Below are positions 18,256 through 26,488 of a stretch of 64,000 bases of DNA, piece after piece; within the stretch, counting starts at the first letter, position 1, and every line of letters begins with the position of its first letter. The notes under the pieces were generated by a model. That model did not search any database and was not told the DNA's origin. It worked only from the letters and a program-made list of their open reading frames with translations. The translations under genes and the position numbers were made by a program. The DNA comes from Bordetella parapertussis (lineage in GTDB: Bacteria > Pseudomonadota > Gammaproteobacteria > Burkholderiales > SG8-41): contig CAMBCF010000004.1 of the NCBI GenBank assembly GCA_945864585.1, positions 762-64,761 of the forward strand, in the 5' to 3' direction.

Positions 18256-18278
18256 CCCTGTCCTGAGCCTGTCGAAGG
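18256..18278 (+). repeat. 23-nt insert CCTGTCCTGAGCCTGTCGAAGGG
   Basis: Breaks the transposase frame between KIIAV and IEEPSV. Reverse complement of the 18594..18616 element with one mismatch. Confidence 0.75.
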
Positions 18279-18593
18279 GACTGCGATGATCTTCAATTTG
18301 CCACCACACGCTTGGCAGTGCTCAATATCGATGTCGTACACGCGTTTGAGCAAGCGCGCCCAACTCATGCGCACCGGCGCGCTGTGGGCATGCGCATGCG
18401 TGCAACCGCCTTCGCCTGCTGTTGTACTCGGCACCGGCGCCGGCACCACCGTCGAACGTAACTTCGCATTCGGCGCCAGTACCCCATGAAAGCGTATGAG
18501 ATGCAAGCGCGGGCGCGGCACCAGTGCGGCGAGCCGTTGCATGAACTCCAGCGGCGACATCACGATGTGGGTGGCGCCGTTGCGGTAAGGTGT

Positions 18594-18616
18594 CCCTTCG
18601 ACAAGCTCAGGACAGG
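18594..18616 (+). repeat. 23-nt insert CCCTTCGACAAGCTCAGGACAGG (inverted partner)
   Basis: Breaks the transposase frame between VVLKLK and TPYRNG. Confidence 0.75.
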
Positions 18617-18697
18617 TTTGAGTTTGAGCACTACCTGCCCCTGACGGTTCACACTCAACCGTTCGTTGGCCGATCGTAAACAGCAGCCGGGCGCGTG

Positions 18698-18803
18698 ACG
18701 TAGCGTGTAGGGCGGGTTAGGTGCGTTCTTGCGCCGTAACCCGCCGCCTCGCTTGCCCATGCACACCGGCCGGCGGGTTACCCCCGGATCAAGTCCGGGG
18801 TAA
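18698..18803. repeat. composite REP-like element (two GGCGGGTTA...TAACCCGCC hairpins inside an outer GTAGGGCGGGTTA / TAACCCGCCCTAC inverted repeat)
   Basis: Hairpins lie at 18701..18735 and 18762..18799. The second has about 15-nt arms with one bulged C. Confidence 0.7.
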
Positions 18804-18809
18804 CCCGCC

Positions 18810-19250
18810 CTACGTGCTTCTAACTGGCTTCCATCCTTGTGGATTCGTAAAATCTGCACCACACTTCCAGCACATTGGATCGTCATGCCGCAAAGGAGCG
18901 GTGCAGTCTGTTCGGGGGCAGGTGGCGTTGGGTCTCGTGGCATCGGCAATACTTTTCGCTTCCGGAGATGCAGAGGGTGCCGCAGCAGCTAACGAGCCTC
19001 CGCTTTCAACCAGCGGCCCCTGATTCCGTGGGACTTGCGTGTAACTTTCAAATTTGGTTCTTAAAATTACTAACTCTTGGCTTGTAATAAGTAACGCATG
19101 GTTTGTTTTCTTTGCTTCATGAATTAACTGATCTAGCTTACTTTTCGTGCCAAAAATAGCAAACGGCAATATGAACCAAAGAATCGCTAAAACAATTGAA
19201 AACAGCACGATAATGACAGTGAAAGAACCCAATGCGTGCGTATCGGTCAT
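18810..19250 (-). CDS. small membrane protein with a C-terminal Cys-rich (zinc-ribbon-like) tail
   Basis: 146-aa ORF with TM segment FTVIIVLFSIVLAILWFILPFAIFG, a coiled segment, then CPRTDC...CWKCGADF. The 5' half is visibly AT-richer than the 3' half, and the 3' end runs into the REP element, so the true C-terminus is uncertain. Confidence 0.4.
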   Translation of the reverse strand: MTDTHALGSFTVIIVLFSIVLAILWFILPFAIFGTKSKLDQLIHEAKKTNHALLITSQELVILRTKFESYTQVPRNQGPLVESGGSLAAAAPSASPEAKSIADATRPNATCPRTDCTAPLRHDDPMCWKCGADFTNPQGWKPVRST

Positions 19251-19481
19251 CTGGGAACTTCTTGTTTGTTAGAAATCCACAGTTCATGGGTGCGTCATCG
19301 TTTATGGGTGCATCGCACGCAGGGTAGAGTAGACAGGCGCAAGCCTGATCTACCCTACCCTTCACATTGGCTAATCTGGGTGCGTGTAATCGCTTCGCGT
19401 AAGCCCTGAAACATCGTGCCATTCACACCATTCGCACCGCTGCTGCGCCTGTCTTGCGAGGCCAGAACTCTAAGCCCGCGG

Positions 19482-19904
19482 CTATCGCAGCATCGTCGGC
19501 TGCAATGATTGCCCGCCGGTGTCGTAACCGACTCGGAAATAAGACGGTTTGCCCGCTACAAGTGTCGCTGATCGCTCAAGCAATCCGGCGAGTGCGGCCA
19601 AGCAATTTGGCTCGATTCCTAGAATTACTTCACCAGCGGGAATGTGCAGCGTTACCTTTTCTGAAGTTGATAGCCGCGCTGCGAGTTGCCCGTTGACGAA
19701 TATTTTTGTGTCGCAGGCAGCGCCCGACCATCCGCTATCGCGTATCACAAGCACCGGCGCTGTGTTTGCGCCTGGCTGTTTGAAAAGCAGATGTTTTGAT
19801 GGTGGCACTGGCGTAGCTTCGCTGCTCGGCACTGGCGTTGTGGCGCAGCCCACAAAAAATAGAAGAATAGAAATCAATGTATATCGCATAGTGTTCGTCC
19901 TCAT
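19482..19904 (-). CDS. putative lipoprotein (DUF2846-like pattern)
   Basis: Lipobox LLFFVGC after MRYTLISI. The mature part has VLVIRD...IFVNGQLAARL...LHIPAGEVIL, reminiscent of DUF2846 lipoproteins. Confidence 0.5.
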   Translation of the reverse strand: MRTNTMRYTLISILLFFVGCATTPVPSSEATPVPPSKHLLFKQPGANTAPVLVIRDSGWSGAACDTKIFVNGQLAARLSTSEKVTLHIPAGEVILGIEPNCLAALAGLLERSATLVAGKPSYFRVGYDTGGQSLQPTMLR

Positions 19905-20086
19905 TTTTCGAGTGCCAAACGCTTGCCGCGCTGGACAAGCTCGCTTTCAACTCTCGTGATGCGCGCGTTGCATAAAATCGCAATTTCGTCTGTGCCTGGC
20001 TCACGGCCAGCCATTGCCGAACGCCAGAATGAATAATAATCCTTTGTTATAGATGCGGCTAGTGGATTACGCGCGGATCGCTTCAC
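19901..20086 (-). CDS. hypothetical small protein
   Basis: 61-aa ORF overlapping the lipoprotein start by 4 nt. No family recognised, and the 5' end abuts a transposase fragment. Confidence 0.25.
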   Translation of the reverse strand: MKRSARNPLAASITKDYYSFWRSAMAGREPGTDEIAILCNARITRVESELVQRGKRLALEK

Positions 20087-20089
20087 CGC

Positions 20090-20165
20090 GGCGATGTAAA
20101 AGACTTGCGCGTGCAGCGGTCAACATCAATGTCGAGCACACGCTTGAGCAGTCGCGCCCATGTCA
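20090..20165 (-). mobile_element. IS91-family transposase gene fragment d
   Basis: Minus-strand translation MTWARLLKRVLDIDVDRCTRK parallels MSWARLLKRVYDIDIEHCQACGG of fragment c. Confidence 0.55.
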
Positions 20166-20420
20166 TCGCGACCGCCTTACAAAATAATTCACTGCGACCA
20201 TACCACTATCATTTACATCCTCGACTCCAGCATCAACTTGCTTCTGAATGTCTTCCCGTCCGCCTTGAAGCATCTTCTCGATAAGTTGTTTATGCTCCCT
20301 CTCGAACCACTCGAATAGAGAAAGTTCGTTTGCGTCTAACCCACGCAACTCGATTAAATACTTTAAAAAGTGGTTCCTAAACTCTCCTTGAAGATGAAGC
20401 GGAATGTTTTTCTTGTCCAA
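20163..20420 (-). CDS. hypothetical protein, AT-richer than surroundings (TTG start, 3' end fused to transposase fragment)
   Basis: 85-aa ORF reading MDKKNIPLHLQGEFRNHFLKYLIELRGLD.... No family recognised and probably truncated. Confidence 0.3.
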   Translation of the reverse strand: MDKKNIPLHLQGEFRNHFLKYLIELRGLDANELSLFEWFEREHKQLIEKMLQGGREDIQKQVDAGVEDVNDSGMVAVNYFVRRSR

Positions 20421-20560
20421 TTGTCCACATCCTTCACTATCATGAACCGCGTTGGGTGCTAGCTTTGATCGGCATCACAGCGCAGCCCCGCGTGCAAGCT
20501 GAAGCCGTGGGCGTTGTTGCAGCGTTGTTGTGTGACCGGCGCCTGGCGGCGAAAGCGATA

Positions 20561-20965
20561 CTACCCAGCAAGAAATTCCTGCATGGACAATGCGATTGCG
20601 GGCACTGCCTTTTGAAGCTTCCGGTCTTCCGTAATCAACGGGACATTCAGGCTTTGCGCCAGCGCAACGTATTGCGCGTCGTAGCCGGTTATGGCGTATT
20701 CCGCCGCTACGGCAAGCACCGTATCCATCACCACTTCGCACTGCGCAACCTTGATGAAGCGCTCGACATGGCTCAGCAAGGCCCGGCACTGCACGAACGT
20801 CAGCACTTCGCGCCGCTGATAGGTTGTCAGCACGTTCACTGTTTCATGCAAGCACAGCGCTGCGGTACGCCAATCGGCATCTTTTCCGCGCAGCTTCTGG
20901 ATAAGCGGTGACTGGTCGCATTTGATCAATGAGTAGATCAGGATATTGGCGTCAACGACAATCAT
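20561..20965 (-). CDS. vapC: PIN-domain ribonuclease toxin VapC
   Basis: N-terminus MIVVDANILIY, TGYDAQYVALA and PLITEDRKL supply the PIN acidic residues. 4-nt overlap with the upstream antitoxin gene. Confidence 0.85.
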   Translation of the reverse strand: MIVVDANILIYSLIKCDQSPLIQKLRGKDADWRTAALCLHETVNVLTTYQRREVLTFVQCRALLSHVERFIKVAQCEVVMDTVLAVAAEYAITGYDAQYVALAQSLNVPLITEDRKLQKAVPAIALSMQEFLAG

Positions 20966-21213
20966 TTCGACGGGATTGTTTTGTTCAAATCCCGGGTCTT
21001 GCGGATGACAGAAACAACATTACCACGTGTGAGCGGCTTTACCGGTTTGAGCGGATCGGGCAGCAGATCGGCTGCATCCCTTGCAGGAGCAGCCAATGCC
21101 TGTTCCAGAAACGCCAGAGCTTGCCGAGTCATGGAGCGATGATAGTGTGCGGCTTCTGCCTTAAGCCTACGGTGCAATTCAGGTGGAAAGTCTTTAATCA
21201 ATAAGCCCGGCAT
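20962..21213 (-). CDS. vapB: ribbon-helix-helix (Arc/FitA-like) antitoxin VapB
   Basis: The 83-aa ORF has an RHH signature at its N-terminus, MPGLLIKDFPPELHRRLKAEAAHYHRSMTRQALAFLEQAL. Confidence 0.8.
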   Translation of the reverse strand: MPGLLIKDFPPELHRRLKAEAAHYHRSMTRQALAFLEQALAAPARDAADLLPDPLKPVKPLTRGNVVSVIRKTRDLNKTIPSK

Positions 21214-21232
21214 GACATCCTCGATACTATGT

Positions 21233-21258
21233 AAATGGTATCAAAATGATAGCCATTT
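21233..21258. promoter_or_regulatory. near-palindrome AAATGGTATCA n3 TGATAGCCATTT, candidate vapBC operator
   Basis: Located about 20-45 nt upstream of the vapB start on the minus strand. Confidence 0.4.
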
Positions 21259-21466
21259 CGGGCTGAAGCGTCAACCCGCGACACCCGCTCTCAGACGTCT
21301 GCCTCGCTAAAATCATGCCGTCATTTAGACCTCCTCCCCGTTGGACAAGGCTGGTGACATAGCGCTACAGTCGTTCAAGCTTACTGCGCTGATCGGACGC
21401 TACTTTACTCTGTTGCGTTCTTGGCGTGCGGCGGCTTGCCGCCACATTCAAACAGCGGCACGGCCA

Positions 21467-23854
21467 TCACGCCCCAGCCTTTACTGCACGCGCGAGATAC
21501 AGCCAGGTCTCCACCACCGTATCCGGGTTAAGCGAAAGACTTTCAATGCCCTCCTCCACCAGCCACTGCGCAAGATCCGGATGATCCGACGGCCCCTGCC
21601 CGCAGATGCCCACATATTTGCCGGCCTTGCGGCAGGCTTGGATTGCCAGATGCAGCATGTGCTTCACCGCCGGGTCACGTTCATCAAAGCCCTCGGCTAT
21701 GAGACCGGAATCACGATCCAGCGCCAGTGTCATTTGCGTCATGTCGTTGGAGCCGATGGAAAAGCCGTCGAAGTGTTCGAGGAATTGATCGGCGAGCACC
21801 GCGTTGGATGGAATTTCGCACATCATGATGATGCGCAGGCCGTTGCCGCCGCGCTTTAAGCCGTTGGCCGCGAGTAGCTCCAGCACCTGTTTTGCTTCGG
21901 TCACGGTACGCACGAATGGCACCATGATTTCGACGTTGGTCAGCCCCATCTCGTCGCGCACTTTTTTCATCGCACGGCATTCGAGTTCGAATGACTTTCT
22001 GAAACTGTCGGAAATATAACGCGACGCGCCACGGAAACCCAGCATGGGGTTTTCTTCATGCGGCTCGTATTTGGCGCCTCCGGTGAGGCTGGAATACTCG
22101 TTGGACTTGAAATCTGACAGCCGCACGATCACCGGCTTGGGCCAAAATGCCGCGCCCAGGGTCGCAACACCTTCAACAAGTTTCTCGACGTAAAACGTCA
22201 CCGGGTCGGCATAGCCGGCGCTGTGCCCTTCGACCGCGGTTTTCAAATCCGCCGCAAGATCGGGATACGCCAGCACTGCTTTGGGATGCACGCCGATCAT
22301 GCGCGCGATAATGAATTCCAGCCGCGCCAGCCCCACGCCTTCATTGGGCAGACGGCTGAATTCAAAAGCCAGTTCCGGGTTGCCGACGTTCATGGTTATT
22401 TTCACCGGCGGCTTGGGCATGGCGCTGAGCGACAAGTCGATAATCTCAACTTCCAATTTGCCGCGATAAACAAAACCGGTGTCGCCTTCGGCGCACGACA
22501 CGGTAACGTCTTTGCCGTCTTTCAGCACCTGCGTCGCATCGCCACAGCCCACCACTGCAGGCACCCCGAGCTCGCGCGCGATGATGGCCGCGTGACAGGT
22601 GCGTCCGCCGCGATTGGTGACGATGGCCGAGGCGCGCTTCATCACCGGTTCCCAATCGGGGTCGGTCATGTCGGTGACCAGCACATCGCCCTCGCGCACG
22701 CGGTCCATTTCCGCAGCGCTGCTTACCAGCCGCACCGGGCCGCTACCGACACGCTGACCAATCGCGCGGCCGGTTGCCAGCACTTCGGAGCGCTGCTGCA
22801 AACGATAGCGCCGCAGCGTATCGACATTTTCACTAGCCTTCACCGTTTCGGGACGCGCCTGCAGAATATAAAGCTGGCCATCGACACCGCCGCGGCCCCA
22901 CTCGATATCCATCGGACGCTGATAGTGCTTTTCAATAATCAATGCGTAACGCGCCAGCGTCTCGACTTCGGCATCGGTAATCGAGAATTTACGGCGATCC
23001 GCTTCCGGCACCGGCTCGGTCTTTACCGAACGACCCACTTCGCGCGACGTGTCATACACCATACGCACCGCTTTGGAACCCAGGCCGCGCCGCAAAATTG
23101 CCGGACGATTATTATTGAGCCCGCGTTTATAAACATAAAACTCATCCGGATTCACCTGCCCTTGAACGATGGTTTCACCCAGGCCATAAGCGGAAGTAAT
23201 GAGCACCACTTGGTCGAATCCTGATTCAGTATCAATGGTGAACATCACGCCGCTTGCACCGAGATCACTGCGCACCATGCGTTGCACCCCTGCCGACAAC
23301 GCTACTTCGGCGTGCTGGAATCCTTTATGCACACGATACGAAATCGCGCGGTCGTTATACAACGACGCAAACACCTGCTTGACAGCCTCAAGCAGATTAT
23401 CGAGGCCGTGTACATTAAGAAACGTTTCCTGCTGGCCGGCGAATGAGGCATCCGGCAAATCCTCCGCCGTGGCCGAAGAGCGCACCGCGAACGTGACGTC
23501 GGACCCTGCTGTCAGCACCAGTTGGTTGTAGGCATCACTTACTGCCGCCAGCAACGTGTCTGAAAACGGCTGCGCAACGATCCAGCCGCGTATGTCTTTG
23601 CCCGCCGCCGCCAACGCATTAACGTCATCGACACGCAGCATTGCCAGCCGTTGTTCTATGCGCTTATCCAAATCGCCCTGCGCAAGAAAATCCCGATACG
23701 CCGCGGCGGTTGTGGCAAACCCGCCTGGCACGCGTACACCCGCGCCGGAAAGATGGCCGATCATCTCGCCCAGCGATGCATTTTTTCCGCCGACTGTGCC
23801 CACATCACTGATGCGTAAAGTGGCTAGGTCGAGCACATAGGGTGGCGCGGTCAT
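21467..23854 (-). CDS. ppsA: phosphoenolpyruvate synthase
   Basis: 795 aa with N-terminal ATP-grasp ([11 protein letters not shown]), phosphohistidine domain ([15 protein letters not shown]) and a C-terminal PEP-utilising TIM barrel. Confidence 0.97.
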   Translation of the reverse strand: MTAPPYVLDLATLRISDVGTVGGKNASLGEMIGHLSGAGVRVPGGFATTAAAYRDFLAQGDLDKRIEQRLAMLRVDDVNALAAAGKDIRGWIVAQPFSDTLLAAVSDAYNQLVLTAGSDVTFAVRSSATAEDLPDASFAGQQETFLNVHGLDNLLEAVKQVFASLYNDRAISYRVHKGFQHAEVALSAGVQRMVRSDLGASGVMFTIDTESGFDQVVLITSAYGLGETIVQGQVNPDEFYVYKRGLNNNRPAILRRGLGSKAVRMVYDTSREVGRSVKTEPVPEADRRKFSITDAEVETLARYALIIEKHYQRPMDIEWGRGGVDGQLYILQARPETVKASENVDTLRRYRLQQRSEVLATGRAIGQRVGSGPVRLVSSAAEMDRVREGDVLVTDMTDPDWEPVMKRASAIVTNRGGRTCHAAIIARELGVPAVVGCGDATQVLKDGKDVTVSCAEGDTGFVYRGKLEVEIIDLSLSAMPKPPVKITMNVGNPELAFEFSRLPNEGVGLARLEFIIARMIGVHPKAVLAYPDLAADLKTAVEGHSAGYADPVTFYVEKLVEGVATLGAAFWPKPVIVRLSDFKSNEYSSLTGGAKYEPHEENPMLGFRGASRYISDSFRKSFELECRAMKKVRDEMGLTNVEIMVPFVRTVTEAKQVLELLAANGLKRGGNGLRIIMMCEIPSNAVLADQFLEHFDGFSIGSNDMTQMTLALDRDSGLIAEGFDERDPAVKHMLHLAIQACRKAGKYVGICGQGPSDHPDLAQWLVEEGIESLSLNPDTVVETWLYLARAVKAGA

Positions 23855-23964
23855 AAGCAGGTTCCGGTAAAGTGCATGGTGGGGTGCGGCGAAAGGCGGT
23901 ATATTACAGAAAATTATCGCGCCGCAACATATTTAACATCCAGCACTCAATATTTCGCCCTCTC

Positions 23965-24792
23965 ATGACCACTTATCGTCGCAGCGCCTTCTTTGTATCT
24001 GACCGCACCGCCATCACCGCCGAGATGCTCGGTCACAGCCTGCTCACGCAGTTCGATGGCCTGAGTTTGCACGAGACGACGCTGCCCTTTATCGACAGCG
24101 TAGCCAAAGCGCAGGAGGCAGTGCAAACAATCAACACCGCCGCCGCTGCCGACGGCGCGCGCCCGATCATTATCAGCACCCTGGCAAACACCGAAATCGC
24201 CGCGGAGTTCGGCAAAGCCAATGCGTTATTTATGGATTGCTTTCAAATCTTTATCGCACCGCTCGAAACCGAACTCGGCGCAAGAGCATCGCACGCGATC
24301 GGGCGCACCCATAATGTCAACGATATCGTCAACTACTACAAACGCATGGAATCGGTGAACTACGCGCTGGCGCACGACGATGGGGTATCGACGCGCGATC
24401 TGGCCGAAGCCGATATCATTCTGGTGGGCGTATCACGCTGCGGAAAAACGCCCACCTGTCTATATATGTCAATGCAGTTTGGCGTGCGTGCGGCGAACTA
24501 CCCGCTGATACCGGAAGATTTCTCCAGTCACCTGCTGCCCGCCACACTGCGTCCGTTGCGCGGCAAACTCTACGGCCTGACCATCACACCTGCGCGCCTG
24601 CAGCGCATACGCAGCGAGCGCCGGCCCAACAGCACCTACGCTGAATTGAAAAACTGCGACTACGAAATCCGCGAAGCGGAATCATTGATGCGCCACGAGA
24701 ACATTCCGTTTCTCGACGCCACCAGCAAATCGGTGGAAGAACTCGCCACCACCATCATGCAGCAGGCAAAGCTGGAGCGGCGGATTTACTGA
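23965..24792 (+). CDS. ppsR: PEP synthase regulatory protein (bifunctional kinase/pyrophosphorylase, DUF299)
   Basis: From the ATG at 23965 it reads [27 protein letters not shown], with P-loop GVSRCGKTP. Divergent from ppsA. The 31 upstream codons of the ORF were rejected. Confidence 0.9.
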   Translation: MTTYRRSAFFVSDRTAITAEMLGHSLLTQFDGLSLHETTLPFIDSVAKAQEAVQTINTAAAADGARPIIISTLANTEIAAEFGKANALFMDCFQIFIAPLETELGARASHAIGRTHNVNDIVNYYKRMESVNYALAHDDGVSTRDLAEADIILVGVSRCGKTPTCLYMSMQFGVRAANYPLIPEDFSSHLLPATLRPLRGKLYGLTITPARLQRIRSERRPNSTYAELKNCDYEIREAESLMRHENIPFLDATSKSVEELATTIMQQAKLERRIY

Positions 24793-24900
24793 AGCTGGCG
24801 CACGCGCTCAAATTCTGTTCTTCCCCCATTCCGCTCTCTTGTGCTTTCGTTGCAACGTGATGTATGGTGCGTGATGTTTGATGCAGAACTGGAGGCTGTC

Positions 24901-25130
24901 ATGCGCACTACACTGGCAATAGATGATGACGTTCTGACTGCGGTCAAAAGACTTGCGGCCCGGCAAAAAAAACCGTTGGCAAGGTGGTATCCGAACTTGC
25001 ACGCCAGTCCCTGCGTCCCGCAGCGGCTTCCGGAAAGCTCCGTAACGGTGTTCCACTGCTCCCGGTTAATGCCAACGCAAGCCCGGTGACGCTGGCAGTT
25101 GTCATCGCGCTGCGAGACGAATCGCCGTGA
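24901..25130 (+). pseudogene. vapB: VapB-type antitoxin gene with a frameshift in an A8 tract
   Basis: Reads MRTTLAIDDDVLTAVKRLAARQKK, then the A8 run (24965..24972), then in another frame VGKVVSELARQSLRP...RNGVPLLP...VIALRDESP-stop. The stop overlaps the vapC GTG (GTGA). One extra A would restore a 76-aa ORF. Confidence 0.8.
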
Positions 25131-25561
25131 CCGCCTATCTGCTCGATGTCAACGTGTTGATTGCACTGATTGACCCGGCGCATGTCCATTACGATACCGC
25201 TCATGCGTGGTTCAAGGCGAGCGGCCGACGTAGCTGGGCAAGCTGCCCGTTAACCGAAAACGGCTTCATCCGTATTGTCAGCCACCCAAAATATCCCAAT
25301 TGCATCGGCTCTCCTGGATTGGCGGCCGATGTCATGGCGCGTCTCTGTAGATTGCCCGGCCACGTTTTCTGGCCGGAAGACATCAGTGTCTTGGACAACC
25401 AGTACATAGACATCACGCGGCTGCTCAGTTCCTCACAAATAACCGACAGCTACCTGTTGGCGCTAGCCCGCGCTCACGACGGGCAACTAGCCACCTTCGA
25501 CAACCGCCTGGTTGTCGATGCTGTGCGCAACGGCCGCGCGGTCTTACATTTGATCAAGTAA
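25127..25561 (+). CDS. vapC: PIN-domain toxin VapC (intact)
   Basis: The 144-aa ORF carries YLLDVNVLIALIDP and ITDSYLLALARAH, which contain the PIN acidic residues. Confidence 0.85.
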   Translation: MTAYLLDVNVLIALIDPAHVHYDTAHAWFKASGRRSWASCPLTENGFIRIVSHPKYPNCIGSPGLAADVMARLCRLPGHVFWPEDISVLDNQYIDITRLLSSSQITDSYLLALARAHDGQLATFDNRLVVDAVRNGRAVLHLIK

Positions 25562-25693
25562 CACTGAAAGCAAGCCCTCCCAGCCCCACCTCCCTCTGCT
25601 GCCAAAAAGTCAACTGCGTGAATTATCGGGAGAATTTGCCACTATATTCTGCGCAGCGCACGCCAAAAAAATAAGCCGGCGAACGCTGAATTA

Positions 25694-26473
25694 TTAGCAG
25701 CGCCCTTGAGTTTGTCGCACCCGTTCAAACAGACACACCGCCGCTGCCGCTGCGACATTCAGTGATTCGGTGGACGCACTTATCGGAATGGCCATCGCAC
25801 CGTGGGCGCATTGCAGCAGCGCATCTGACACGCCCGCGCCTTCGTTGCCGAACACCAGCGCGATTTTCCCGCGTAGATCGGTGTTGAAAACACTTTTTGT
25901 TGCATGCTGTTGAGCCACCAGTACGCGGCCCGGAAACGCGCGCGCAAATGCAAGCAAATCGATACGCTCGTGAACCTCAAGGCTGAAGTGCGCGCCCATG
26001 CCGGCCCGCAGCACACGCGGTGACCATGCATTTACGCAATGTATTGAAAGGAATATTTGCCTGACGCTGACAGCAGCGCACGAGCGCAATATCGAGCCGA
26101 GATTGCCGGGGTCTTGCACGTCTTCGAGCATCACGCAGGTGTCCAGTACGCCGGGCAACCCTACACGCTGGGGGGTTTTGATGACCGCGATGATGCCGGT
26201 GGGTGTAGCCACTGACGACAGTTGCTTGAACAGGTGGTCGCTCAATAACCAGACGTGCGCTGCGTTTTGCAACAGCGTGCGAATTTCGGGATTGTCCGCG
26301 CCGACGTGGCTCACGATAATTTTCTCGGGCTCACCGAGGCGCAAGCGATACGCCTGCAGCAAATGCACACCATCCAACAGCGAATAGCCCGCGAGCCTGC
26401 GCTCGCGCGATGAATGCACCAGCTTTAACAGCGCCTTGAATTGCGGATTGTCCGCCGAGGTAATTTGTTTCAA
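25694..26473 (-). CDS. TrmH/SpoU-family RNA 2'-O-methyltransferase
   Basis: SpoU motifs are present: LEDVQDPGNLGSILRS, LVFGNEGAGVS and IPISASTESLNVAAAAAV. Confidence 0.85.
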   Translation of the reverse strand: MKQITSADNPQFKALLKLVHSSRERRLAGYSLLDGVHLLQAYRLRLGEPEKIIVSHVGADNPEIRTLLQNAAHVWLLSDHLFKQLSSVATPTGIIAVIKTPQRVGLPGVLDTCVMLEDVQDPGNLGSILRSCAAVSVRQIFLSIHCVNAWSPRVLRAGMGAHFSLEVHERIDLLAFARAFPGRVLVAQQHATKSVFNTDLRGKIALVFGNEGAGVSDALLQCAHGAMAIPISASTESLNVAAAAAVCLFERVRQTQGRC

Positions 26474-26488
26474 AAGGTTCTCAGGTGC

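Larger units (their letters stand above)
18148..18690 (-). mobile_element. IS91-family (Y2) transposase gene fragment c: C-terminal ~165 codons carrying two 23-nt insertions
   Basis: With the inserts removed it reads ANERLSVNRQGQVVLKLK/TPYRNGATHIVMSPLEFMQRLAALVPRPRLHLIRFHGVLAPNAKLR...MSWARLLKRVYDIDIEHCQACGGKLKIIAV/IEEPSVIERILTHLGLCAQPPPRAPARR...stop (18148..18150). Confidence 0.75.

Noticed and set aside
18698-18803. Possibility that the REP-like hairpins are integron attC sites, and that the small-ORF/TA region is a cassette array.
   Set aside because: The ends read GTTA... at the left and ...TAAC at the right. That is the opposite of the RYYYAAC...GTTRRRY attC polarity. No intI or attI is seen, and the small ORFs are not each bounded by such sites.
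18560-18949. 129-aa ORF on the minus strand.
   Set aside because: It is a composite: the tail of the 146-aa gene region, the REP element (LRRKNAPNPPY-type translation), and a transposase fragment frameshifted by the 23-nt insert. It is not a gene.
21425-21446. GTGGCGGCAAGCCGCCGCAC hairpin downstream of ppsA as an intrinsic terminator.
   Set aside because: A GC stem is present but no U-tract follows on the ppsA strand, so it is too weak to call.
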